A stretch of 64,000 bases of DNA from a phage: sequence record PZ445511.1; one strand, 5' to 3'. The notes under the pieces were generated by a model. The model did no database searches. It had not been told where the DNA came from and worked only from the letters and a program-made list of their open reading frames with translations. The position numbers were made by a program, and so were the translations under genes. Shown piece after piece: positions 1 through 10,939 of the stretch. The first letter of the stretch is position 1; each line of letters begins with the position of its first letter.

Positions 1-313
1 CAGTAGCATCCCACGTCCAGACTTTAACTTCATCAGTAAAAGGAACTGGAACCTTCAATTCACCCTTACCCCCACATAACAGATAGGAACAGAGAATAAA
101 TGGTAATCATACCGATTAGGTTGACAAACCGTACTAGACCTTTCCAGATACCCTTAAAAATCTTCTTCACCATATTCTCCCTCCTTAATAAGGAACTCTT
201 TCCATTCTGCTGTATCCTCATAGATAACGCAGAAATCATCACTCTTCCATGAGAAGTCATCAGTAGCAAATTCAAAACGGTAGCACCAACTACCGTCTGG
301 CCATACTAAAAGA

Positions 314-1165
314 TCACACATGCTTTTCTGGGACATAAATATTTCCCTCCATAAAAGCTTCAACTTGATCAATAAAGTGTTTATTACCAAAAACTTCGGC
401 AGCTCCAGCACGCCATACAGTAACACCACGTTTCTCATATTCAAGCTGTTCATCATAGCGAACTTGAGGGTTAACAACCATCATCTTAGTTCCACGACAT
501 ACAGCAGGGAATAGTTCCCAGTTGAAGTCAATCACTTGGTTGCTACAACCTACTACAATAACCATATCATTGCTAGTAAGTGTATCAAACAGGTTAATCT
601 GACCCATATACCACGGAGCCGTCTCACCAAAGAATGTTACGTTTGGTTTTACCCATTCGTAATCTTCAGGAACAATTGCAGTGTATCCAACATCTTCGAT
701 GATTTGATTGCGACCCCGACGATAGATCACCTCTTTCAAGTACCCGTGAGCGTGAATGATTTCATCACGAGGGATACCAGCACGTTCCAGAAGGTCATCA
801 ACGTTAGTAGTGAAGTTCTTCACGCTATCCGCACCATAACGCTGGAACCATTCTGCAATTCGCAGATGGGCAATGTTAGGCTCAACAGTCTGTAATTCCT
901 GACGACGCATGTTGTAGAACTCATGAGTCTTGAGATACAGATCGTTACCCTCTTCATCAATGCCAGGGAAACGAGCACTGAAGTAGTTAGGATCATCTTC
1001 ACCACAGAAGCGACGGAAGCCAGCTTCAAAGTTAGGCAAGCTACATACTTCCTCTAGATCGTACTCATCCCACAAAGATTTTCCACTAGCAGTATCAGTA
1101 CGGAAAGCACGAACACCACTATCAACACTTAAACCAGCACCACTAACAATGATTAGTCTACGCAT
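314..1165 (-). CDS. Sir2-family NAD-dependent protein (sirtuin-like)
   Basis: 283 aa ORF; sirtuin motifs GAGLSVDSGVRAFR, TTNVDDLLERAG, HAHG, FFGE, VVGCS. Confidence 0.6.
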   Translation of the reverse strand: MRRLIIVSGAGLSVDSGVRAFRTDTASGKSLWDEYDLEEVCSLPNFEAGFRRFCGEDDPNYFSARFPGIDEEGNDLYLKTHEFYNMRRQELQTVEPNIAHLRIAEWFQRYGADSVKNFTTNVDDLLERAGIPRDEIIHAHGYLKEVIYRRGRNQIIEDVGYTAIVPEDYEWVKPNVTFFGETAPWYMGQINLFDTLTSNDMVIVVGCSNQVIDFNWELFPAVCRGTKMMVVNPQVRYDEQLEYEKRGVTVWRAGAAEVFGNKHFIDQVEAFMEGNIYVPEKHV

Positions 1166-1359
1166 TATACGATTCCTTGCTTGAATCCTTCGATGATATT
1201 TTGGAGCAGAATTGCTTCTTCTGGGCGAACCTTCTCTTGCTTAATAAGCATATCCAAACCAGCAATACAGGTAGCTACTCCAGCATTATACCCAGCATTC
1301 CACTGCTCCATGAGCATATTTTCTAAATTACTTTTTAGATTCTGATTCAAGAAGTCCAT
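1165..1359 (-). CDS. hypothetical protein (64 aa; start chosen at ATG with GGAGGA RBS)
   Basis: ORF track 1165..1443; internal ATG at 1357-1359 preceded by RBS; start/stop overlap with neighbours. Confidence 0.35.
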   Translation of the reverse strand: MDFLNQNLKSNLENMLMEQWNAGYNAGVATCIAGLDMLIKQEKVRPEEAILLQNIIEGFKQGIV

Positions 1360-1531
1360 AAAGTTTTTCCTCCAATTCCATAATACGATTTTCGTAAGAA
1401 GCACGCAGCTTCTCGATGGACAAAGCACGAACTGTAACTTCATCTGAATTGATCGCTAGCTGAGCTAGATCTTCTGTTTCCATACGTCCGTTGTAAATTA
1501 AGCGATATTTAAGATGTTTTACGTTTTTCAT
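1328..1531 (-). CDS. hypothetical protein
   Basis: 67 aa ORF in minus-strand gene string. Confidence 0.4.
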   Translation of the reverse strand: MKNVKHLKYRLIYNGRMETEDLAQLAINSDEVTVRALSIEKLRASYENRIMELEEKLYGLLESESKK

Positions 1532-1540
1532 TCTTGTTCC

Positions 1541-1822
1541 TTAGTTCTGTACTGTAAATTCATTCTTATCACAGTGAGCATAATAATACCCATACATACG
1601 ATAAATTTTCACAGCCTTAGTAGACCCCTTCGATTCTTCATAATCAATCCAGAGCCACTTGTCTTTACCTACATAATGTACCCGAAACTTCTTAACTTTC
1701 TTATCATTCCATGTTGCAACAACACGACGATAATCAAATCCGCCCAACCAATCTAGAGCCTTACGTTCTTCACTAGGCTCTCCAAGATGGGAAACATCTA
1801 CTTTCGGAAGCAATTCGCTCAT
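1541..1822 (-). CDS. hypothetical protein
   Basis: 93 aa ORF. Confidence 0.5.
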   Translation of the reverse strand: MSELLPKVDVSHLGEPSEERKALDWLGGFDYRRVVATWNDKKVKKFRVHYVGKDKWLWIDYEESKGSTKAVKIYRMYGYYYAHCDKNEFTVQN

Positions 1823-1920
1823 AGCTTTCTCCTCTCAAATTTATAAATCAATTATACATAAGTTTTAGCTCGAAAGCAAATAAAATAAAAGCCAGGTCGA
1901 CTAGCAACCTGGCTGATTCA

Positions 1921-3795
1921 TTATTTAGCGCGAATGTCTTGATGTTTCACTCGACCCATAACCTCATGTTGTTTACCTGGGTTAAACGGACGAGCACCTG
2001 GATTTCCAAGATATCCACAAACTCGACGAGTTACCTCAAGAGTCTCAGGATCATGATTGCCACAAATTGGGCATTTGAAACCATCCTCAGAAGCTATAGT
2101 TTCACCCAAGAACCCACATTCCCCACAAGAGTCTACTGGAGTATTAATACCGAAGTAATGAACTTTACTTGCAGCATAGTTAATAACCCATTCCAGTGCA
2201 TCAGGGAATCGTTTCATATCAGGCAATTCCACATAGGAAATGCACCCACCAGAAGCAATTGGGGTAAAGTTAGACTCATAATCGAACTTCACGTTCGGAG
2301 CAACCTTACGCTCCACATCAAGGTGATGAGAGTTAGTGTAATATCCTTTAACCAGAATATCTTCATGCTCTGGGAAATACTCACGATCTAGACGACAGAA
2401 GCGATCACATAGAGATTCAGATGGTGTAGCATACAGACTATACCCTAATTGAGTCTCTTCCTTCTTCTGATCAGCACGATCACGCATGTATTGTAGCACA
2501 CGTTGAACGAACTTGATACAGGATTCAGACATTGTATCTACATCTTTACCAAACATGAACTGTAACATTTCGTGGCAGCCAATATATCCTAGAGATACAG
2601 AAGCACGCTTGTAGAAATGATCAAATACATATTCATCTGGCCCCAGACGTAATCCAAAGGCTCCTGACATATAGAGGATGGGCGCAGCTTTAGCTTGAAT
2701 GTACTTTAAGCGATCAACCCTCCACTCCAATGCTTTTAACGCGGTATCCACACGCAGCTCAAGCAGATCGAAGAATAGATCAATATTACCTTCCGCTTCG
2801 ATAGCAATTCGAGGTAGGTTTACAGAAACAACGCCTAAGTTGTTACGACCAGAAGTTTCACCATCTTCCGCAGCAGCCAGGAATGAACGACAGCCCATAG
2901 AGACTTTGTAGTCTCCCGTAACTTCTACAACCTTATCATAACTGATGTAGTCAGGATACATACGTTCAGCAGTACATTTCATAGCTAACTTCTTGATATC
3001 ATAGTTAACATCACCAGGTTTCATGTTTACGCCATCACGCAAAACAAATACCAGTTTAGGGAAGATAGCTGTACGTTTATTGATACCCAAACCATCCATA
3101 CGCACTTCTAGGATTGCTTTCTGTACAAGACGTGCTTCCCAAGAAGTTCCTAGACCAAACCCAAAGGTAATAAACGGACTTTGACCATTAGAGTTGAACA
3201 TCGTATTGATTTCATACTCCAGGCCCTGACAGGCATCGTAAACTTCTTTCTCAGTCATTTCCGTAGCCATTACAGATGCTTTAGCTTCATCCTTAGTCCA
3301 ACGCTTTGCAAACGCATGATTCTTATCATAAGACTTACGAACATAAGGAGCCAATACTTCATCTAATCGGTCTACAGAAGTACCCCCATATTGATGTGAA
3401 CTAACCTGAGTGATAATCTGAGCTGTGATAGCAGCCGCAGTAGTAATAGAGTTTGGTGTACTGATTTCAGCATTACCAACCTTCATACCATTCTTCAACA
3501 TATCTTCCAAAGCAACCAGGCAACAGTTAGTCATACCTAACGCAGCGTAATCAGCATCATGGAAGTGAATATCACCAATCATGTGAGCATTTCGAATCTG
3601 GATTGGCATTTCTTCCAGAATCAGATGTTTACTCAATTCCCCTGCAAGCATGTCCCTTTGTGTAGGGAAACGTTCGCTTGGTTTGTTCGCATTATTAAAG
3701 AGTAGCTCTTCATCTGCTGATCCTTCGATAATTTCTTTGCAGTTTCGAATTAAGGACTGCACTCCTTTATACTTTAGTTCTTCATTGAGATTCAT
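1921..3795 (-). CDS. nrdD: anaerobic ribonucleoside-triphosphate reductase
   Basis: 624 aa; C-terminal glycyl-radical motif RVCGY plus Cys4 cluster CGECG..CPICG; GGAGG RBS; consensus promoter upstream. Confidence 0.85.
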   Translation of the reverse strand: MNLNEELKYKGVQSLIRNCKEIIEGSADEELLFNNANKPSERFPTQRDMLAGELSKHLILEEMPIQIRNAHMIGDIHFHDADYAALGMTNCCLVALEDMLKNGMKVGNAEISTPNSITTAAAITAQIITQVSSHQYGGTSVDRLDEVLAPYVRKSYDKNHAFAKRWTKDEAKASVMATEMTEKEVYDACQGLEYEINTMFNSNGQSPFITFGFGLGTSWEARLVQKAILEVRMDGLGINKRTAIFPKLVFVLRDGVNMKPGDVNYDIKKLAMKCTAERMYPDYISYDKVVEVTGDYKVSMGCRSFLAAAEDGETSGRNNLGVVSVNLPRIAIEAEGNIDLFFDLLELRVDTALKALEWRVDRLKYIQAKAAPILYMSGAFGLRLGPDEYVFDHFYKRASVSLGYIGCHEMLQFMFGKDVDTMSESCIKFVQRVLQYMRDRADQKKEETQLGYSLYATPSESLCDRFCRLDREYFPEHEDILVKGYYTNSHHLDVERKVAPNVKFDYESNFTPIASGGCISYVELPDMKRFPDALEWVINYAASKVHYFGINTPVDSCGECGFLGETIASEDGFKCPICGNHDPETLEVTRRVCGYLGNPGARPFNPGKQHEVMGRVKHQDIRAK

Positions 3796-3824
3796 TACAC
3801 CCTCCTTCTCTAATTAAGACTACT

Positions 3825-3853
3825 ATTATAACTCATTCGAAGGCGGATGTCAA
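3825..3853 (-). promoter_or_regulatory. sigma70 promoter for nrdD (TTGACA-17-TATAAT)
   Basis: perfect consensus hexamers on minus strand, 17-bp spacer, about 30 nt upstream of nrdD start. Confidence 0.7.
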
Positions 3854-3904
3854 CAATATTTTACCATAAAGTTCTGTAACATGATCTGAGTCAAAAAATT
3901 TTAT

Positions 3905-3933
3905 TTGCCAACCTCTATTAAAAATAGTATAAT
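3905..3933 (+). promoter_or_regulatory. sigma70 promoter (TTGCCA-17-TATAAT)
   Basis: hexamers with 17-bp spacer in divergent nrdD/phoH intergenic region. Confidence 0.5.
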
Positions 3934-4045
3934 CACACGCCCGTGTACGCGATATAAAATGATTATCTAGTACCATACATCTCCCAATAAAAGCAAGTAA
4001 ATTTTTTATTTAAAAGCAATATCATGGGTTTATTTAAAATTATAC

Positions 4046-4074
4046 TTGCTTTTTGCTGTAAACCTTGTTATAAT
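4046..4074 (+). promoter_or_regulatory. early promoter (TTGCTT-17-TATAAT)
   Basis: member of repeated promoter family; upstream of phoH. Confidence 0.7.
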
Positions 4075-4150
4075 ATATTTGTAAGTTGATAAACAAGATC
4101 TCTTTGTTGATCCTCTGTTAGAAGCGAAGTACACTATAGGAGTGTTATTT

Positions 4151-4903
4151 ATGGGAAAAGCACGTCAAAAAAGAGAGAACCGCAATGGTTCAAGAAAGCG
4201 TGGCAACAAGTATGAGAGTAACGTAATTCAAGCAGATTTCTCTGGTGATTACGCCAATCCAGTTGCTAAATCCCTAGTTGGTAAAAACCGTGAGCAAAAA
4301 TCATATATCAATATGATCAAGAACAACACAGTGACTGTGGGTATTGGTGAACCAGGTACTGGTAAAACCTTTATTCCGTCCGTTCTTGCAGCTCAGGAAC
4401 TCGTAGACATTCACTCAGATATTGAGCAAGTGATCCTCGTGCGTCCGAACGAACCTCTAGGTAAATCTCTTGGTATGCTCCCAGGTGATCTGGCAGAAAA
4501 GCTAGAGCCTTGGTTGGAACCAATAGCCGATGGCATGAAATGGGCAATCGGTGATCACGCCTACAAAGGATATGTCGAACGTCAGAAAATTAAATTCCTG
4601 GCTATCGAACATGCCCGTGGCCGAACTTTCAACAACTCCTATGTAATTGTCGATGAAGCTCAGAATATCTCCGTTGAAGCAATGATCTGTCTCCTGACTC
4701 GTGTAGGACAAGATTGTCGTTTAATTATCTGTGGGGATATAGCGCAGAAAGACATCAAGGGTGATTCAGGTCTAGCACTTCTTATGGAAGTCTATGAGAA
4801 GTATGAAAACTCTCCTTTCTCTATGATCGAACTGATCGACAACGTTCGCTCACCAGAGTCTAAAGCATTCTACGATATCTTTAAGGATATGGGGAAGGTG
4901 TAA
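4151..4903 (+). CDS. phoH: PhoH-like ATPase
   Basis: Walker A GEPGTGKT; ORF track starts at GTG 4142, ATG 4151 has TAGGAG RBS. Confidence 0.8.
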   Translation: MGKARQKRENRNGSRKRGNKYESNVIQADFSGDYANPVAKSLVGKNREQKSYINMIKNNTVTVGIGEPGTGKTFIPSVLAAQELVDIHSDIEQVILVRPNEPLGKSLGMLPGDLAEKLEPWLEPIADGMKWAIGDHAYKGYVERQKIKFLAIEHARGRTFNNSYVIVDEAQNISVEAMICLLTRVGQDCRLIICGDIAQKDIKGDSGLALLMEVYEKYENSPFSMIELIDNVRSPESKAFYDIFKDMGKV

Positions 4904-4904
4904 T

Positions 4905-5147
4905 ATGGGAAACGTCGTACATCTGCACCGCAAAACTAAGATTCACCGTACTTCACTGAGTGCTGCTAATATGATTACACGTAAGGAAGGGGAAGAAAGT
5001 CCTAAGACTACCCTAGCGTGGAAAATTGTAGCCTCTAATCCAAATCGGCCTTTTAATTATAACGAATTGAGTACTTCTATAGACATTCTTATGGCTAAGG
5101 AAATACGACAGAAACTAACTGATATGACCGATAAACTTAAATGGTAA
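4905..5147 (+). CDS. hypothetical protein
   Basis: 80 aa ORF immediately after phoH. Confidence 0.45.
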   Translation: MGNVVHLHRKTKIHRTSLSAANMITRKEGEESPKTTLAWKIVASNPNRPFNYNELSTSIDILMAKEIRQKLTDMTDKLKW

Positions 5148-5155
5148 GACAGACG

Positions 5156-5188
5156 AGCCTGGGTATGAAAATATCCGGGCTCTTTTTA
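5156..5188 (+). terminator. rho-independent terminator
   Basis: 8-bp GC stem (gagcctgg/ccgggctc) followed by TTTTT. Confidence 0.55.
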
Positions 5189-5270
5189 TCTGTAAAATTG
5201 TACTTGCAAAATGACCCAAAACAAAGTAGAATATTTCCTAAATCCTGATAACTACAAAAAGGAAAGCCAA

Positions 5271-7601
5271 ATGAGCCATCGCATCGAAAAAGTAATTAAA
5301 CGTGACGGTACTGTTCAGGACTTTGCTCCTGAAAAACTCAATGATTGGGCTGCATGGGCATGTAAAGATACTGACGTAAGTTGGTCTGCCGTAGTTATGG
5401 CTGCCCTGAAAAATCTACCCAAAGGTGTTGTAGACTCCGATACACTCCAAGATGTGTTAATTAAAGCCGCTGAAGGTCTTATCAAAGACAACCCAGCATA
5501 TGATACTGTAGCAAAGGAATTACGTCTTGCGCAGATGCGTAAACGCCTATATGATTCCTTTGAACCTCCTTCTCTGCGTTTCTTCCACGATCATATGATT
5601 CGTGTTGGCGCCTGGGAAGACATGAGTGCATGGATTAGCGATGATCAGTTTGATGCTCTGAATCAAGTTATTGATCATGATCGCGATCGTTTATTCACCA
5701 GTGGTGGACTGAAACAGTTCTTCGACAAGTATTCCCGTCGTAATATTGCAACTGGTGAAATTTATGAAACCCCGCAGTTTGCCTACATGGGTATGGCAAT
5801 GGCGATGTTATCTCAACCTAACTGGACAATTCTCGATGCAATCGACCTCTACAACGCAATGTCACTCCATAAAATCAACGTGCCGACTCCACCTCTCGTG
5901 GGTCTTAGGAGCAGCGACCGCGGTTTTGCTTCTTGTTGTCTTGTTGATAGTACTGATACCCTCGATTCAATCGACACAGCCGAGCACATCGTCTTCAAAA
6001 TGGTCGCAGCCAGAGCGGGAATCGGGTATCATCTTGAAAGCCGATCAATTGCTGATCCGGTGCGAAATGGGGCATTCCCGCATTCCGGAAAACTGCCATA
6101 TTATCGACACATTGACCGATCAGTAAAAGCTAACACTCAGCAAACCCGTGGTGGTTCTGCTACTGTGTCTTACCCATACTTCGATCCTGAAATCATTCAG
6201 TTGATGCAGGTTAAGCAGCAACGTGCTACAGACGAGAATAAAATCGATAAGATGGATTACTCTCTGAGCTTTAACAACCTTCTGTTAAAACGTTACCTGA
6301 AAAATGAAGATATTACGCTAATGTCCTACTTCTACGCACCAGAAGTTCATGAAGCGTTTTATGGCGAAGATGAGGCTAAGTTTGAAGAAATCTACGTGGC
6401 AGCGGAGAAACGTGTGGCATCTCTTACAAAGATCGACCACGAAGGAAAAACAATTCCAGCAGCTCCTAGAATCTCTGCAAAAGAAATCCTAGATACTTGG
6501 TTACGTATCCGTATGGAAACAGGGCGTATGTATGCTCATCACATTGGTGAATCTAACCGTCATGGTAACTTCCTTGACCCGATTCGTATGACCAACCTTT
6601 GTGTTGAAATTACTCAGCCAACCCGTCCATTCCATCACATTACGGAGCTGTATAAGACCCAAGATCAGTTAGACGATATGCGTCCAGAAGATATTGGTGA
6701 AGTATCTCTGTGTAACTTAGGTGGTGTTGTACTAGGTCGTATGGAATCTCTGGCTGAATGGGAGAAAACTTGCTACATTCTTCTGAAATTCGTTGATACA
6801 ATCATCGAGATTCAGGATTACCCATTCCCAACTATGGAGTACACGGCTAAGAAACGTCGTAACGTTGGTATTGGTCTGATGAACGCAGCAGGTGCAATGG
6901 CAGCCGAAGGTTTGGCTTACGAAGGTGTTGAAGCCCGTAACTGGATTCACCGTGAAGCTGAAAAGCTGTCCTACTTCCTACATAAAGCCTCTGTACGTCT
7001 GGCTAAAGAACAAGGTGCATGTGACTGGTTTAATCGTACTAAACCATCCAAAGGAACTCTGGTAATCGACACGTACAAGAAAACTGTTGATGAACTGGTA
7101 ACTGTAGGTCTAGAAATGGATTGGGAATCTCTGCGTGCAGATATTCTGAAATATGGTATGCGCAACTCTGTTCTGACTGCTCAGATGCCGGGTGAAAGTT
7201 CCTCTGTACTGCTAGGTGTTACTAACTCTATCGAGCCGCCTCGTAAGATTGTATCTATCAAGGGTAGTGCAGTTAATAAAGTAATTGCAATTGCTCCAGG
7301 TGCAACCGATTGGGATACATTAATGAGTTATAAACTGGCTTATGATGTAGATCGTATCGAGTGGATCAAATGGGTAGCAACCATGCAGAAATTCTTCAGT
7401 CAGTCTATCAGTACGAATATGTACTATGACTACACCAAGTTTGAGAATGAAATCATTCCTGGTCCAGTAGTAGTTCGTGATTTCATGACTGCTGTTAAGT
7501 ACGGCTGGAAAACTTGGTACTACGCTAACTTCAACACTGAAAATGGTGGTGGAGCTGGTGAAGAAGCAGCAGGTTGTGCATCAGGTGGTTGTAACCTATA
7601 A
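5271..7601 (+). CDS. nrdA: ribonucleotide reductase class Ia large subunit
   Basis: ORF 5211..7601 (796 aa); ATP-cone-like N-terminus, C-terminal Cys pair; ATG 5271 has AAGGA RBS, 5211 has none. Confidence 0.85.
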   Translation: MSHRIEKVIKRDGTVQDFAPEKLNDWAAWACKDTDVSWSAVVMAALKNLPKGVVDSDTLQDVLIKAAEGLIKDNPAYDTVAKELRLAQMRKRLYDSFEPPSLRFFHDHMIRVGAWEDMSAWISDDQFDALNQVIDHDRDRLFTSGGLKQFFDKYSRRNIATGEIYETPQFAYMGMAMAMLSQPNWTILDAIDLYNAMSLHKINVPTPPLVGLRSSDRGFASCCLVDSTDTLDSIDTAEHIVFKMVAARAGIGYHLESRSIADPVRNGAFPHSGKLPYYRHIDRSVKANTQQTRGGSATVSYPYFDPEIIQLMQVKQQRATDENKIDKMDYSLSFNNLLLKRYLKNEDITLMSYFYAPEVHEAFYGEDEAKFEEIYVAAEKRVASLTKIDHEGKTIPAAPRISAKEILDTWLRIRMETGRMYAHHIGESNRHGNFLDPIRMTNLCVEITQPTRPFHHITELYKTQDQLDDMRPEDIGEVSLCNLGGVVLGRMESLAEWEKTCYILLKFVDTIIEIQDYPFPTMEYTAKKRRNVGIGLMNAAGAMAAEGLAYEGVEARNWIHREAEKLSYFLHKASVRLAKEQGACDWFNRTKPSKGTLVIDTYKKTVDELVTVGLEMDWESLRADILKYGMRNSVLTAQMPGESSSVLLGVTNSIEPPRKIVSIKGSAVNKVIAIAPGATDWDTLMSYKLAYDVDRIEWIKWVATMQKFFSQSISTNMYYDYTKFENEIIPGPVVVRDFMTAVKYGWKTWYYANFNTENGGGAGEEAAGCASGGCNL

Positions 7602-7609
7602 TAAAAACA

Positions 7610-7636
7610 AGGAGATCTTCGGGTCTCCTTTTTTCT
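7610..7636 (+). terminator. rho-independent terminator (UUCG tetraloop)
   Basis: stem aggagatc/ggtctcct, loop ttcg, followed by TTTTTT. Confidence 0.65.
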
Positions 7637-7648
7637 TTGAAATTTTAC

Positions 7649-7677
7649 TTGCTAATCGCTACCAGATTTGCTATAAT
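7649..7677 (+). promoter_or_regulatory. early promoter (TTGCTA-17-TATAAT)
   Basis: promoter family member upstream of nrdB. Confidence 0.7.
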
Positions 7678-7708
7678 ATTCCTGAAATAGTGAGAAAGAG
7701 GAAAATCA

Positions 7709-8854
7709 ATGACTACTTTACTAAACCTGAATTGGGATCATACTAACGCTGACCTTTTCCTGGGCGATTCTCTTGGTATCGCAGATTACGTTCGTGTAGC
7801 ACATCCTGAACTTGAGCGTCTAGCACTTCTGCAACGTTCTCAATTTTGGACTGAAACTGAAATCAGTCTGGAAGCTGATAAGAAACAATGGCCAAACCTC
7901 CCGCGTGATATCCAGGAAATTACTCTCCTGAACTTAGCATGGCAAACTCAAACAGATTCTTTCATTAGTCGTGCTCCTGAGGCAGCTATTATGCCACTTG
8001 TAAGCCGTCCTGAATTGGAAGGTATGCTCAAGCAGTGGAGCTACTTCGAAGATCTACATAGCCGTGCGTATAGTAACATTATTCGTAACGTTCTGACTGA
8101 CCCAGCAGAATTTATTGATTCTGTAACTAAAAACCAAGAAGCATTTGCACGTATCGCAGATTCTGTTGAACTGTTTGATGAATTGTATCTGTTAGGTCAG
8201 TATTTCCTTGCAGTACGTGATCATCAGGGTGATAATACTTATCCAGAAACTGAGTTCCCTGAAGTTAAACGTGAAACTCAGGCTAAACTGTTAGACGCTT
8301 ACTTTGCAATCTACGGTCTGGAAGCAATGCAGTTCTACGCATCCTTTGCATGTACCTTTGCTCTAGCAGAGAACGATATTCTGCAAGGTATTGCTAAGAA
8401 CCTGCAATTAATCGCTAAAGATGAAGCTCTACATACTCAAATGTCTAAAGCTATCATCCAGATTATGTTCCAGCAGTTTGATAAAGATCTGGTAGATGAA
8501 GCATTAGCTAAAGCACCAGCACAACTCCTAAAAACTCTGAAAACTGAGATTGAATGGGGCCACTTTATCTTTAAAGGCCGCAGTCTGATTGGTTTGAACG
8601 CAGAATTGCTTGAAGAATACCTTTACTTTGTAGGACGTAACGCATTTATGCACATTGGTGTAGAATGGCCAAGCCACTTACCTGTAATTACTAAGAACCC
8701 TATTCCGTGGATTATGAACTGGTTGGATACTACATCTTTACAACCTGCTCCACAAGAGATTCAGATTGGTGCAGCGTACCGTGTAGGTCAAGTAACTGAA
8801 ACCTCTGCTGATACTCTGAAAGATCTTGGCAACGAATTTGAGGATATGTTCTAA
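7709..8854 (+). CDS. nrdB: ribonucleotide reductase class Ia small subunit
   Basis: 381 aa; ferritin-like di-iron protein pattern; adjacent to nrdA. Confidence 0.8.
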   Translation: MTTLLNLNWDHTNADLFLGDSLGIADYVRVAHPELERLALLQRSQFWTETEISLEADKKQWPNLPRDIQEITLLNLAWQTQTDSFISRAPEAAIMPLVSRPELEGMLKQWSYFEDLHSRAYSNIIRNVLTDPAEFIDSVTKNQEAFARIADSVELFDELYLLGQYFLAVRDHQGDNTYPETEFPEVKRETQAKLLDAYFAIYGLEAMQFYASFACTFALAENDILQGIAKNLQLIAKDEALHTQMSKAIIQIMFQQFDKDLVDEALAKAPAQLLKTLKTEIEWGHFIFKGRSLIGLNAELLEEYLYFVGRNAFMHIGVEWPSHLPVITKNPIPWIMNWLDTTSLQPAPQEIQIGAAYRVGQVTETSADTLKDLGNEFEDMF

Positions 8855-9384
8855 TGATAGCAGCAATCTATGCAACTGGGCCGAATGGGGAGTTCGGCCT
8901 CAATGGTAAGCTCCCCTGGGGTTCTTTCAAAGAAGAACTAGATATCTTCTATGCTACATTGGATTCTCTGGCACCTGACAATATTATTGTAGGAGCAGGA
9001 ACTTGGTTAGCATTCCCTGAGACTCTGCAAAAAAGAATACTAGGAGATTCTGACCTATTTATTTATGCAAATAGACCACTACCGAACTCTATAAGATCAG
9101 CTACACGCATAAGCAACATTGGATACCGTCTGCCTGATTTTCTCAAGGAAGAGGTAACTGTAGTATTAGGGGGAGCAACTCTGCTTCTTGAAATGTATGT
9201 CAAAAATCATCTAGATATGGCGTATATCTCTACTGTTACTTCAGCCACACCATTATCTGCTGATGTACATCTGCATCATCATATTACTTTAACTAATTCA
9301 ATGGCAACTAGAATGGACTATGTGGCAGGACAGAATGCAGATAAAACGCTTTCATTCTTACAAGAATTGGTGATATTTAAATGA
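8854..9384 (+). CDS. frd: dihydrofolate reductase-like protein
   Basis: 176 aa; N-terminal IAAI..G..G.LPW motif typical of DHFR; sits between nrdB and thyA. Confidence 0.55.
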   Translation: MIAAIYATGPNGEFGLNGKLPWGSFKEELDIFYATLDSLAPDNIIVGAGTWLAFPETLQKRILGDSDLFIYANRPLPNSIRSATRISNIGYRLPDFLKEEVTVVLGGATLLLEMYVKNHLDMAYISTVTSATPLSADVHLHHHITLTNSMATRMDYVAGQNADKTLSFLQELVIFK

Positions 9385-10235
9385 AGCAATATATTGAAAC
9401 TGGAAAACGTATTCTTGAAGAGGGTGTATGGGTAACGAATCCTAGAACAGGGGTTCGTTGCCTAACCATTATTGATGCAGACTTTACCTTTAACGTAGGA
9501 GCAGGAGAACTGCCGCTAGTAACTACTCGTAAAGCATTTGCTAAACAAGCAATAATGGAAATGATCGGATATCTACGTGGGTACGACTCAGCAGCACAAT
9601 TCCGCACTATTGGTGTTAATACATGGAATGCTAATGCAAATGAAAATATTGCCTGGCTAGGTAATCCATTCCGTAAAGGCGAGGATGATATGGGACGAGT
9701 CTATGGTGTTCAAGGACGTCATTGGACTAATTCTGATGGTATGGTATTTGATCAGTTAGCCAAAGTCTACCATAATTTGAAAAGAGGGATTGACGATCGT
9801 GGAGAAATTTTAACTTTTTGGAACCCTGGGGAATTTCGTAAAGGATGCCTACGTCCGTGTATGCATACCCATCAATTCTCTATTTTAGGTGATACACTAT
9901 ACCTAAACTCTTTCCAGAGGTCTAATGATTTCTTGCTGGGCCAAGTATTTAATATGGTGCAATGCTATGCACTTCTAGCTATTATGGCACAGATTACAGG
10001 TCTTAAGCCAGGTATTGCTCGTCAAAAGATTATTAATCTTCATATCTATGAAGATCAGTATAATGTTCTGATGGAGCACAAGCAATTCGATCGTGAACCT
10101 TTTGCACCTCCTACTTTAGAAATCAATCCAAATATTAGAACTTTGGATGATGTATTAACGTGGGTAAGTAAGGATGATTTTACTGTTCGTGGCTATGAAC
10201 ACCATCCTGCTATTGCATATCCATTTACGGTGTAA
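9381..10235 (+). CDS. thyA: thymidylate synthase
   Basis: 284 aa; N-terminus MKQY..G; catalytic region [11 protein letters not shown] resembles ThyA active-site Cys motif. Confidence 0.85.
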   Translation: MKQYIETGKRILEEGVWVTNPRTGVRCLTIIDADFTFNVGAGELPLVTTRKAFAKQAIMEMIGYLRGYDSAAQFRTIGVNTWNANANENIAWLGNPFRKGEDDMGRVYGVQGRHWTNSDGMVFDQLAKVYHNLKRGIDDRGEILTFWNPGEFRKGCLRPCMHTHQFSILGDTLYLNSFQRSNDFLLGQVFNMVQCYALLAIMAQITGLKPGIARQKIINLHIYEDQYNVLMEHKQFDREPFAPPTLEINPNIRTLDDVLTWVSKDDFTVRGYEHHPAIAYPFTV

Positions 10236-10238
10236 CAT

Positions 10239-10592
10239 ATGTTAATTATACTATTATTTGTCATATTCTTTCTAAAACATTTTATGGCCGATTATCCACT
10301 CCAAACACCATATATGCTAAGAAAGACGCATAAAATAGGGTGGAAACTTCCATTATTAACCCATTCGCTAGTACATGCTGGATTAACATTTGCAATTCTA
10401 ATCCTATTCACATCACCAGGAATGTCTATAGCTTTAGCTATTATGGAATTAATTCTACACTTTATTATAGATTATTGGAAAGCACAACGCTGTAAATACG
10501 CTATAAGCGATGCTAAGTTTTGGATAGCTTTAGGATTTGATCAGTTACTGCATTATCTGACATACGCCCTAATAATCTTGATTATAATCTAA
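10239..10592 (+). CDS. hypothetical membrane protein
   Basis: 117 aa, multiple hydrophobic segments. Confidence 0.5.
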   Translation: MLIILLFVIFFLKHFMADYPLQTPYMLRKTHKIGWKLPLLTHSLVHAGLTFAILILFTSPGMSIALAIMELILHFIIDYWKAQRCKYAISDAKFWIALGFDQLLHYLTYALIILIII

Positions 10593-10597
10593 TTCAA

Positions 10598-10622
10598 ATA
10601 GCCCTTCGGGGCTATTATATTT
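10598..10622 (+). terminator. hairpin terminator (UUCG loop)
   Basis: tagccc-ttcg-gggcta followed by T-rich tract. Confidence 0.5.
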
Positions 10623-10631
10623 AAATTTCAT

Positions 10632-10660
10632 TTGCTTACTGAGTGAAATTCAAATATAAT
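10632..10660 (+). promoter_or_regulatory. early promoter (TTGCTT-17-TATAAT)
   Basis: promoter family member. Confidence 0.7.
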
Positions 10661-10684
10661 ATATTTTATAAATTGGAGACACTT

Positions 10685-10939
10685 ATGGGACTCTTTAAAA
10701 AGAAAGTTTATTTAACACAAAGTCAAGAACGCAGGTTCTTAGCTCTGTCTCAGTATTACCATTTACCTTTCGATCATTTCATAGAACGGGCGTTAGAACA
10801 ATTCCTAGAAAAGGAATTAAGGGCAATTAGACCTGAACCGCCAAGAGCACCAAATGATGCACAGAGAGGTCATCCACATATCCCACCTATGCCGCCAGTT
10901 CCACCAGCGACTAGGGTCATTATAGAAGGTGAAAAATAA
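10685..10939 (+). CDS. hypothetical protein (Pro-rich C-terminus)
   Basis: ORF 10643..10939; ATG 10685 lies downstream of the promoter with GGAGAC RBS. Confidence 0.5.
   Translation: MGLFKKKVYLTQSQERRFLALSQYYHLPFDHFIERALEQFLEKELRAIRPEPPRAPNDAQRGHPHIPPMPPVPPATRVIIEGEK

Noticed and set aside
1939-2391. 150-aa plus-strand ORF
   Set aside because: Lies antisense inside nrdD.
5211-5270. Upstream ATG as the nrdA start
   Set aside because: No RBS, whereas ATG 5271 has AAGGA at appropriate spacing; retained only as an alternative.
7709-10235. Group I introns in nrdB or thyA as in T4
   Set aside because: Both reading frames are continuous at the expected lengths, with no interrupting non-coding insert.
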